Shown here: positions 7,266-14,640 of the stretch, piece by piece
Layout: each line of letters starts with the position of its first letter
Numbering within the stretch: position 1 is the stretch's first letter
Assembly (NCBI GenBank): GCA_016181305.1
Contig: JACOZN010000007.1
Coordinates: 1 to 19,894 of the forward strand
Length of the DNA stretch: 19,894 nt
Reading direction: 5' to 3'
Source: Candidatus Woesearchaeota archaeon
GTDB taxonomy: Archaea; Nanobdellota; Nanobdellia; Woesearchaeales; GW2011-AR4
The notes under the pieces: generated by a model
What the model was told of the DNA's origin: nothing
Database searches by the model: none
What the model saw: the letters and a program-made list of their open reading frames with translations, nothing else
Position numbers and translations under genes: made by a program

Positions 7266-8378
7266 ATGAAATCCAGACTCGTAGATAAGGCATCCCTGCC
7301 ATTGTCATTAGAGGAAAGAACTGCTGTTTTATGCTCAAAGCTGAGGGTAGGCAGGGGGAAATTACACGAATTTTCAGGTGCTGGCGGCATAGGAAGGGAA
7401 GACTTAATAAACGCTGCTGTGTTTTTGTACTCAAGGCTTAAGTATTTGGGATACAGCAAGGCGTCTGCACTTTCTCATATAACAAGCGGCATACTGGGAC
7501 TTTTAATCTTTCCAGACAAAGATATGCTAGAAGCAGACTTATCGGCAGCCAGGGCAATAAACGAGTCATTCAGGAACGAAAGAAATGAATTGGAAGCGGA
7601 GATTGGATTTTCTGTCACTGCACCGGAAATACTGAGGATAGAAACATTCCGTTATGCAGAGGGCAAAGAATTGAAACTAAATGCTGTTGAGGCAAGAAAT
7701 AGGTGGGGACAGAATGTTGAATTTTCTTCATATGACTTAATAAGGGGCATTAAACTGCCCATGGAAATAACACCATACGAAGCTGCATTTCTAGGAGCCA
7801 TTTATCCTCAGATGAGCATTGTTGGGCATAAAAATACTATGAGGATGTACGGTAATGGCGGCAAAAACATGGAATTATTTGAACTGCTTAAAATTATGTC
7901 AAAGGGAATGTTTAACATCCAAAGTAATCACAACAATTCTTCAAATCTATTTTTGAGTTCGAGGGCACTCTATACATGGTTTACGGAAATTCTGGGGTTG
8001 AAGAAGGAGCTTGATGAAAGAAGTTTTCCGGAATTTAATGAAATATGCAGCGGCAAAACTGCAGCAGCTAGCGAGGAATCATTCCTATATGGGCTGATAG
8101 CAAGGAGAGCTTTAATGTATAATCAGAAAACGGATTATTACTTTGTTATAAACTCTGCCAGCAGGCAATTCCTGATGCGAGTTAAAAGCCTATCAGAAAA
8201 ATATGAATTAGAGCCCCACTTGATGCTTGAGAATGGCGGGGTGCGTGGCAGGCTGATTTATCACGCCAAAGATGTAGGGACTATAGAAAAAGCAAATGTG
8301 TTGAAAGGCAGTTTACCAACTGGCGCAGCTTATAAGGGAGGTTTTTTTAATCCGTCTCATGTAGCAAAGCTATCTTAA
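7266..8378 (+). CDS. Stand-alone degenerate two-domain LAGLIDADG-like protein with an unknown N-terminal domain
   Basis: IKLPMEITPYEAAFLGAIYPQMSI, SSRALYTWFTEILGLKK, ESFLYGLIARRALM, INSASRQFLMRVKSL and terminal GFFNP line up with DOD/LAGLIDADG endonuclease blocks, but the GDG/DADG residues are replaced. Confidence 0.55.
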   Translation: MKSRLVDKASLPLSLEERTAVLCSKLRVGRGKLHEFSGAGGIGREDLINAAVFLYSRLKYLGYSKASALSHITSGILGLLIFPDKDMLEADLSAARAINESFRNERNELEAEIGFSVTAPEILRIETFRYAEGKELKLNAVEARNRWGQNVEFSSYDLIRGIKLPMEITPYEAAFLGAIYPQMSIVGHKNTMRMYGNGGKNMELFELLKIMSKGMFNIQSNHNNSSNLFLSSRALYTWFTEILGLKKELDERSFPEFNEICSGKTAAASEESFLYGLIARRALMYNQKTDYYFVINSASRQFLMRVKSLSEKYELEPHLMLENGGVRGRLIYHAKDVGTIEKANVLKGSLPTGAAYKGGFFNPSHVAKLS

Positions 8379-10310
8379 ATCTTTCACCATATAAGCCCCT
8401 TCCAACTCGTATCCAAGCTTCCTGAAGTACTCCCTTGCCCCTATTCCTGAAATCACAACAATCTTGTTTTTGCCATTCTGTCTTGCAATCTCCTCAGCTT
8501 TCAATAAAAGTTTTTTTCCAATGCCCCTGTGCTGGAAGCTTTCATCGCTTTTTCTGCCGATCTGAGCTGCTGCTGAAAATACATGCAGCTCCCTTATCAG
8601 TGCAGAACCTTTTGTTATCTCCTGCCTTAAAAACTGCGAAGGAAATCTCATCCTGCAGAATCCGAACAGAACATCATTTTCCAAGTCTTCTGCTGCAATA
8701 AAAAATTCCTTTTCACTGGAAGCTTCATATTCAGTTATTGTTGTTTGGATATTGCTGAAGTTAACCTCTTTATTGTTTTTCAAATGAAAACCAACCTCTC
8801 TGCACCTTATGCACTTACATACTATATTTTTCTCCTTACATAATATATTAACATACTGCCTTAAGTTAGTCCTGTCAACACCCGATGCAGTTGCAAATGT
8901 CGGTATGTCCCTTTGCACTCGCATGATCCTGCACCATTTAGGCACATATCTTTTTGCCTCTGCTATAATTTCAGCAGCTTCTTTTGTTGTTAATGGCTTG
9001 AACTTGCCATTCCTCCAATCCTCGTAAAGCCTTGTGCCTTCCATAACCATGCACGGATATATTTTAAGCATGTCCGGCCTGTAGTCAGGATTGTCAAACA
9101 ATTCTTTCAGCCCGTTTAAGTCCATTTCTTTTGTAGTCAGCGGCAATCCCGGCATATAATGTGCATTTATCTTGAAGCCCAGGTCTTTCAGAATCCCAAT
9201 TGACTCGATGTTGTCAGCTACAGAATTTCCCCTGTTGGTTGCCTGTAGGACTTCATCATAAACCGATTGAATTCCAATCTCTACCCTTGTGCATCCAAGC
9301 TCAAGCATCAGGTTGCCGTGATAAAGCTTGCCAAAGTCGCTTTTTGTCTCAATGGTTAATCCAACACACCTTATAATGCTGGTTTCATTTTCTTTTTGTA
9401 TCTGTTTTAGTGAAAGATTTTTATTATCTTCATTTTTTAATTTTGATTGGATATTTTTTATTGCCGAAATATTTGGATTTTCATTGGCGTTGCCGATTTC
9501 ACTATTTAGTTTATCATTAAAACTATTTAAATCATCAAAAAAATCATTACTTGGATTATTGCCAAAGAACAGCTCACCAGCTTTTTCCATCATTTCTAGT
9601 TTATTCAAGTCCAGATTTTTTATCTGTATTAGTTTTTGCTGGATTTTTTTGACTCTTTTGTCTTCTTCGCCCATCACCCTGGGCAGCTCAAAGAATTTCT
9701 TGAATTTCAGCATGTCAATTTCCCCATTTTCGCTGAAAAACAACCTTGAGAAGTCATTCATTGCCTTCAGCGCGTACTTTACAAAATATTCCTGGTATGC
9801 TTTCGGGAAAAACGTGAAAGTTCCGCCTTGGACGATTATATCCGCCTTGTCAGGAATCCTTCCCATCGCTACATAGTGCTCAAGCCTGTTGAAAATAATA
9901 AGATAAGGGTCGTAATTGTTCCTTATCGCCCTTCTGGTTGAAGGCTCCTTGCCTGTGTAGCTCTGGGGCACCTCCCCGAAAGCGCTTCCCGGGCCTCCGG
10001 GGCAGTATGTGCACGGGCCTATGCCTTTCATTGTATGGGGGCACGGATAAGGCTCGGACATCAGCGCAATTGGGGATACTCCGCTTATTGTCCTTACAGG
10101 CTTCAATGAAAGCAATTCCCTGAGATTTTCCCTTTCATGCTCTGAAGCGGCGAAGTAAATGTCGGCGTTTTTTGGAATCTGGCTTAATCCATTGGCCTTG
10201 TGATTGTTCAGGATTTTAAGCTTCAATTGGTTTAATTCGTGCTGGCTGCTCGGGAGGCTTTTTTGCATTTCTTCCGCTATTTCCGCGCAGGCTTGCTTAA
10301 ATTTGTCCAT
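8370..10310 (-). CDS. elp3: Elp3 radical-SAM/KAT tRNA U34 carboxymethyltransferase
   Basis: KPVRTISGV, CPHTMKGIGPCTYCPGG, PQSYTGKEPS, RCVGLTIET, GCTRVEIGIQS, LKIYPC, RVQRDIP, GNAT end RELHV...FQHRGIGKKLL...ISGIGAREYFRKLGY. ATG at 10310. Confidence 0.95.
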   Translation of the reverse strand: MDKFKQACAEIAEEMQKSLPSSQHELNQLKLKILNNHKANGLSQIPKNADIYFAASEHERENLRELLSLKPVRTISGVSPIALMSEPYPCPHTMKGIGPCTYCPGGPGSAFGEVPQSYTGKEPSTRRAIRNNYDPYLIIFNRLEHYVAMGRIPDKADIIVQGGTFTFFPKAYQEYFVKYALKAMNDFSRLFFSENGEIDMLKFKKFFELPRVMGEEDKRVKKIQQKLIQIKNLDLNKLEMMEKAGELFFGNNPSNDFFDDLNSFNDKLNSEIGNANENPNISAIKNIQSKLKNEDNKNLSLKQIQKENETSIIRCVGLTIETKSDFGKLYHGNLMLELGCTRVEIGIQSVYDEVLQATNRGNSVADNIESIGILKDLGFKINAHYMPGLPLTTKEMDLNGLKELFDNPDYRPDMLKIYPCMVMEGTRLYEDWRNGKFKPLTTKEAAEIIAEAKRYVPKWCRIMRVQRDIPTFATASGVDRTNLRQYVNILCKEKNIVCKCIRCREVGFHLKNNKEVNFSNIQTTITEYEASSEKEFFIAAEDLENDVLFGFCRMRFPSQFLRQEITKGSALIRELHVFSAAAQIGRKSDESFQHRGIGKKLLLKAEEIARQNGKNKIVVISGIGAREYFRKLGYELEGAYMVKDLR

Positions 10311-10332
10311 AATGCATAGAATTGGTTTTTTC

Positions 10333-10340
10333 TTTTTAAA
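10333..10340 (-). promoter_or_regulatory. TATA box for elp3, overlapping the ATPase stop codon
   Basis: Minus strand TTTAAAAA contains the ATPase TAA stop (10336-10338) and lies 22 nt upstream of the elp3 ATG. Confidence 0.45.
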
Positions 10341-12975
10341 TGTTGACTTCAACAGCCTCGTTCCGCGTCTTGTAGTGCTTGCACAGCTCAATTATGATTG
10401 CGCCGATGCTTGATATTGCCACTATAAAAATAAACTCTGCAACGCCCAGCCGCGACATATCCACAAGCCTTCCAAACGAAGGAATGAAAATAGAGGCTGC
10501 AATAACCACAAACGAGCTGAGCGCAGCCAAAATCAGGTATTTGTTTCTGAACAGCCCGACTTTCACAGCAGGGTAAATTGTTGACCTGCTCGCAAATGCC
10601 TGGTAAAGCTCAAACATGCTTATAGTCAAAAAAACAGCTGTTTGCGCCATAAAAAGATTATCTTTCCCAAAATAAAACCAGCCGAATACCAGCAAGGATG
10701 TAATGGTCATAACTATCGGATAATAGACAAGGAAAGGGTTAAGCCCTTTAAATATCGGCTCATCCAATTTGCGCGGCTTTCTTGCCATTGCATTCGGCTC
10801 GTATGGGTCTGCGCTTAATGCAAGCGCCGGCAGCCCGTCTGTCACAAGGTTTATCAGCAGTATCTGCGTTGCAGTCAATGGCAATGGCAGCCCAAACACT
10901 ATTCCAAGGAATATTATCAAAACTTCGCTTATGTTGCCCGAAAGCAAAAAGCCAATGTATTTTCTGATGTTGTCATAAACTCCCCTTCCTTCTTCGACAG
11001 CATTGACTATGGAAGCAAAGTTGTCATCAGTCAAAATCATCGCGCTTGCCTCTTTTGCAACATCAGTGCCTGTGATTCCCATTGCAATGCCAATATCAGC
11101 CTTTTTCAGCGCAGGCGCGTCATTTACCCCGTCGCCTGTCATTGCAACAACATGCCCTTTTTTCCTCAGCGCGTCAATAATCTTTATTTTGTGCTCCGGA
11201 TTCACTCTTGCGTATATCGCTATGTCTTCAACCCAGTCCTCGAGGTTTTTGATTTCATCAAGCATCTGCCCCGTAACCACTTTTCCGCTTAGCCCTATCT
11301 CCCTTGCCACGGCCTTTGCTGTGACTTCATGGTCTCCTGTGACCATTACAACCTTAATGCCGGCCTTATTGCATTTTTCGATTGCCAGCTTTACTTCCTC
11401 CCTTGGCGGGTCTATCATTCCCTGAAGCCCTGCGAAAATGAGGTTTTTTTCCGGCTCTTTGTCTGTAATGATTGTTTTGTATGCAAACCCAAGAACCCTC
11501 AGGGCATCGCCGGCAAATTCCTTGTTTGCTTCAAGAATCTCTTTTTTCATCCCGTCTGTGAGCTTTTTTACATCCCCGTTCATGCTGATGTAGCTGCACA
11601 GCCTCAGGATGACTTCAGGGGCGCCTTTGGCATAGGCAAGCTTTTCGCCGTGATGATTGTGGATTGTAGTCATCATCTTCCTTTCGCTTGTAAATTCAAT
11701 CTCATCTGTCCTTGGAAACTCAGTTTCCAGGTCCTCTTTTTTCAGCCCTGCTTTTGCAGCGCTTACAATCAGGCAGCCTTCAGTCGGGTCGCCAATCACG
11801 CTGCTGCCTTTCAGCTCCGCATTGTTGTTTAATGCCCCAACCCTCAGAAGAAGCTTAATTTCATCAATTTTAACAGGCTTGCCTTTGAATAAAAACTGCC
11901 CTTTTGTTTCATAGCCTGTGCCTGTAACCTCGATTACTTTGCCGTTCACAAACAGCTTCCTGACAGTCATCTCATTTGCTGTCAATGTGCCTGTCTTGTC
12001 GCTGCATATCACGGTTGTGCTTCCCAAAGTCTCCACGCTTGGCAGCCTTCTTACAAGCGCATTTCTTTTCAGCATCCTTTGCGTGCCTATCGCAAGCGCC
12101 ATCGTGACAATTGCAAGCAATGCCTCCGGGATTGCGGCAACAGCCACTGCCACTGCCACTATGAGGTTTTCAAGCAGGGGCTTTTCCTGAAAAAAGCTTG
12201 CAACGGCAAAAATTATTACTGCAATCGCTATAACAACCTTCCCAATCCATTTTCCAAGCTCGTCCATCTTCTTCTGCAACGGAGTCGGCTCTGGCTTTAC
12301 ATCTTCTATCATGGTCGCAATCTTGCCGATTTCTGTCTGCATTCCTGTTGCTGCAACAACTGCTTTGCCCCTGCCGCTCACGACAATCGTGCCTGAAAAA
12401 GCCATGTTTTTCATGTCTGCTACCTGGATTTTTTCCGGCAAGGCTTCAGTGTGCTTCTTTACAGGCTGCGACTCTCCTGTCAATGCAGCTTCCTGGGTCT
12501 GTAGGTTAAAAGCCTCCAATAAGCGTGCATCTGCAGGAACCTTGTCCCCTGTTTCCAGAAAAATGACATCTCCAATGACTATCTCTCTTGAGTCGATTTC
12601 TTTTCTTTGCCCGTCCCTTATTACTGTGGCCTTGAGCGATGCCAGCCTTTTCAGCGCCTCTATCGCCCTTTCAGCCCTGTATTCAAGTACGAATCCAAGC
12701 ACAGAGATTAGTATGACAATAATCAATATTACAATGGCGTCGATGTATTCCTTGAGAAATGCCGAAATAACAGTCGCGACAATAAGAATCCAGATGACAA
12801 TGCTCTTGAACTGGTCGATGAAAATTTCAAATGGGGAAATCCTTTTTCCTTCCCTGATCTCGTTCAGCCCGTACTGCTTCAGCCTTTCCCCTGCTTCCTG
12901 CTGGGAAAGCCCGCTGGCAGCTGATTTAAGCTCCTTCAAAGCCTGCTCTGCGGTTTTGTCGTGCATCCTGCTCAC
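10336..12975 (-). CDS. P2A-type (SERCA/PMR1-like) cation-transporting P-type ATPase, probably Ca2+
   Basis: TGES, DKTGTLT, KGAPE, DPPR, VTGDH, TGDGVNDAPAL. TM4 VAAIPEAL, TM5 SGNISE, TM6 INLVTDG, TM8 FEL. ATGA overlap with the upstream gene. Confidence 0.93.
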   Translation of the reverse strand: MSRMHDKTAEQALKELKSAASGLSQQEAGERLKQYGLNEIREGKRISPFEIFIDQFKSIVIWILIVATVISAFLKEYIDAIVILIIVILISVLGFVLEYRAERAIEALKRLASLKATVIRDGQRKEIDSREIVIGDVIFLETGDKVPADARLLEAFNLQTQEAALTGESQPVKKHTEALPEKIQVADMKNMAFSGTIVVSGRGKAVVAATGMQTEIGKIATMIEDVKPEPTPLQKKMDELGKWIGKVVIAIAVIIFAVASFFQEKPLLENLIVAVAVAVAAIPEALLAIVTMALAIGTQRMLKRNALVRRLPSVETLGSTTVICSDKTGTLTANEMTVRKLFVNGKVIEVTGTGYETKGQFLFKGKPVKIDEIKLLLRVGALNNNAELKGSSVIGDPTEGCLIVSAAKAGLKKEDLETEFPRTDEIEFTSERKMMTTIHNHHGEKLAYAKGAPEVILRLCSYISMNGDVKKLTDGMKKEILEANKEFAGDALRVLGFAYKTIITDKEPEKNLIFAGLQGMIDPPREEVKLAIEKCNKAGIKVVMVTGDHEVTAKAVAREIGLSGKVVTGQMLDEIKNLEDWVEDIAIYARVNPEHKIKIIDALRKKGHVVAMTGDGVNDAPALKKADIGIAMGITGTDVAKEASAMILTDDNFASIVNAVEEGRGVYDNIRKYIGFLLSGNISEVLIIFLGIVFGLPLPLTATQILLINLVTDGLPALALSADPYEPNAMARKPRKLDEPIFKGLNPFLVYYPIVMTITSLLVFGWFYFGKDNLFMAQTAVFLTISMFELYQAFASRSTIYPAVKVGLFRNKYLILAALSSFVVIAASIFIPSFGRLVDMSRLGVAEFIFIVAISSIGAIIIELCKHYKTRNEAVEVNI

Positions 12976-13310
12976 AAGAAGCTGCCGGTGTTGCTGACGT
13001 TGTCCTCTTTCGGCTTTGTTCTCATATCCTTTAATTTTATAATGAAATATTCAAGGCAGTCCAGGCCGCAGAAGCTTGCCTTCTTCTTGAAGTCATCCGG
13101 CCCGAATACAAGGGTGTAGTTGCTTGTCCCGTAGAAATTCAGGTCGTTTGAGCATGTCGCGCATATCTTTTCGTGCTCCTTAAGCCTCTTTTTTATTTTG
13201 TCTTCCAGCAGCCTTTTCAGCGTTACTGCGCCGGTGTCTATGTCGCCCTTGAAGCGCATCAGCTCATTGTAGTCCAAAATGTCAACCACATCCTCAAACT
13301 TCCTGCTCAT
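12972..13310 (-). CDS. Small Cys-motif protein with TRASH-like metal-binding signature
   Basis: ICATC...KKASFCGLDCLEYF (CxxC...FCxxxC) after a helical N-terminal half. ATG 13310 is preceded by SD GAGGTGA. Confidence 0.65.
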   Translation of the reverse strand: MSRKFEDVVDILDYNELMRFKGDIDTGAVTLKRLLEDKIKKRLKEHEKICATCSNDLNFYGTSNYTLVFGPDDFKKKASFCGLDCLEYFIIKLKDMRTKPKEDNVSNTGSFL

Positions 13311-13315
13311 TAAGC

Positions 13316-13322
13316 TCACCTC
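13316..13322 (-). promoter_or_regulatory. Shine-Dalgarno site GAGGTGA
   Basis: GAGGTGA 5 nt upstream of ATG 13310. Confidence 0.7.
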
Positions 13323-13372
13323 ATTGTTTGTTGAATTTTTATTGCATCCGCGGATAAATCTTAATCAAAACC

Positions 13373-13546
13373 TTATTTTCCGCCTCCCGCCTCCTCGAAC
13401 TTTATGTACCACTTGTTGGCTTCACCGTCATAAGCGAAAACGACATTGTACTTCCTGTTCTTGTCAAGAGCAAACAGAAGCGGCATAGGGATTGTAGTCT
13501 CAAAGCTAGAACCTCTTTTGTAGAGCTTTCTTTTGAACTCAACCAT
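13373..13546 (-). CDS. AbrB/MazE/SpoVT-like small DNA-binding protein (57 aa, below the ORF-track cutoff)
   Basis: Manual translation: MVEFKRKLYKRGSSFETTIPMPLLFALDKNRKYNVVFAYDGEANKWYIKFEEAGGGK*. R-K-L-x-K-x-G-x-S-x-x-x-T-I-P is the swapped-hairpin signature. TATA-like TTTATAAA at 13579-13586. Confidence 0.75.
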   Translation of the reverse strand: MVEFKRKLYKRGSSFETTIPMPLLFALDKNRKYNVVFAYDGEANKWYIKFEEAGGGK

Positions 13547-13679
13547 TCTACTTATTTTTTTACTTTATTACATACTTATTTATAAATTTAGTGATTAAAT
13601 CTCTTTTAAATCTTTAAAAACAACAGGAAATACTTATTTTATAACTTATTTAAATACTTATTGATTTTGGTTTCGGCTC

Positions 13680-13736
13680 TGTCGCCTTTAGTGGACTTAA
13701 TCATTTTTTTAACCTCTTGTCGCATTAGTGGACTTA
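13680..13736. repeat. Two near-identical ~20-bp direct repeats in a divergent promoter region
   Basis: TGTCGCCTTTAGTGGACTTA (13680-13699) and TGTCGCATTAGTGGACTTA (13718-13736), sharing the exact 12-mer TTAGTGGACTTA. Confidence 0.75.
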
Positions 13737-13822
13737 CACCTTTTGCATACCATCAGAATGTAGGCTTTTCTTTAGCAATCCTAACCATTAACTATTTAAA
13801 AAATCAGATTTCATTTTGTACA

Positions 13823-14638
13823 ATGCAACAAATCGCTATTATTGCCTCTTCCAAAGACTTGGCAGGCATAAACATTAGTAACAATTTGCTTGAATTATTT
13901 GATTTCAAGAAATCCAATGAAAAATTTGACGGAAATGACGTTTTTGAATTTAAAAATGCAAAATTATATACGATTGACGATGACTTAATCTTTGCAGAAA
14001 GCATTGACAAAAAAATCAATGCTGATTTTTTGATCTTTGCCTCAAAGCACCGCTCAAAGGAAAACACACCTTCTTTTACAGCGCATCCGATTGGGAATTT
14101 TGGCAGCGCGGATTTAGGGGGCAGGGAAAAGACATTGTGCTTTTCATCTGCGGTTTTATTAAAAAATCTGTTTGCAGAGTTAAATAAGGCTGAAAACAAA
14201 AATAATTATGAAATTACCCTGGAAGCCACTCACCACGGCCCTTATGTTGAAAAGCCCGCTGTTTTCATCGAGATTGGAAGCACGGAGAATGAATGGGACA
14301 ATCCTGAAAACGGCAAAATAATTGCAAAAGCAATAATCAATGGATTGAAAAATGATAATAAGAATTATAAAATTGCAGTCGGCATCGGCGGTCCGCACTA
14401 CTGCTCTAATTTTAACAAAATCATGTTAAGAACCAATATTGCAGTTTCACATATATGCCCAAAATATAACTTGGAAAAATTAAACGAGGATTTGATAAAT
14501 CAAGCAATTCAGAAAACAACAGAAAAAGCTGATTTTATGCTATTGGACTGGAAGGGGCTGGGAAAAGAAAAGCAAAGAATTCTGGATATTTTAAAGAAAT
14601 TAGGTGTTGAAATAAAAAAGACTGAGCAGGTATTCTAA
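13823..14638 (+). CDS. dtdA: Archaeal-type D-aminoacyl-tRNA deacylase (DTD2)
   Basis: IIASSKDLAGINI, IFASKHRS...PSFTAHPIGN, LEATHHGP, FIEIGSTE..W, GIGGPHY, HICPKY, LDWKG. ATG 13823 has TTTAAAAA 20 nt upstream. Confidence 0.93.
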   Translation: MQQIAIIASSKDLAGINISNNLLELFDFKKSNEKFDGNDVFEFKNAKLYTIDDDLIFAESIDKKINADFLIFASKHRSKENTPSFTAHPIGNFGSADLGGREKTLCFSSAVLLKNLFAELNKAENKNNYEITLEATHHGPYVEKPAVFIEIGSTENEWDNPENGKIIAKAIINGLKNDNKNYKIAVGIGGPHYCSNFNKIMLRTNIAVSHICPKYNLEKLNEDLINQAIQKTTEKADFMLLDWKGLGKEKQRILDILKKLGVEIKKTEQVF

Positions 14639-14640
14639 GT

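Noticed and set aside
9411-9746. Intein or intron as the Elp3 insertion
   Set aside because: No Cys/Ser start with His-Asn end, the frame is continuous, and it is short with no splicing motifs.
13680-13736. Mini-CRISPR array
   Set aside because: Only two copies of ~20 bp separated by 18 nt, and no cas genes.
13647-13788. Tiny minus-strand ORFs (MVRIAKEKPTF, MVCKRCKSTNATRG, MIKSTKGDRAETKINKYLNKL); the second resembles an IS-type zinc-ribbon start
   Set aside because: 11-21 codons each, with no terminal inverted repeats or further transposase sequence. Cannot be distinguished from chance.
13661-13822. 54-aa N-terminal extension of DtdA from the TTG start in the ORF track
   Set aside because: Family homology starts at MQQIAIIAS, and a TATA box sits 20 nt before ATG 13823.
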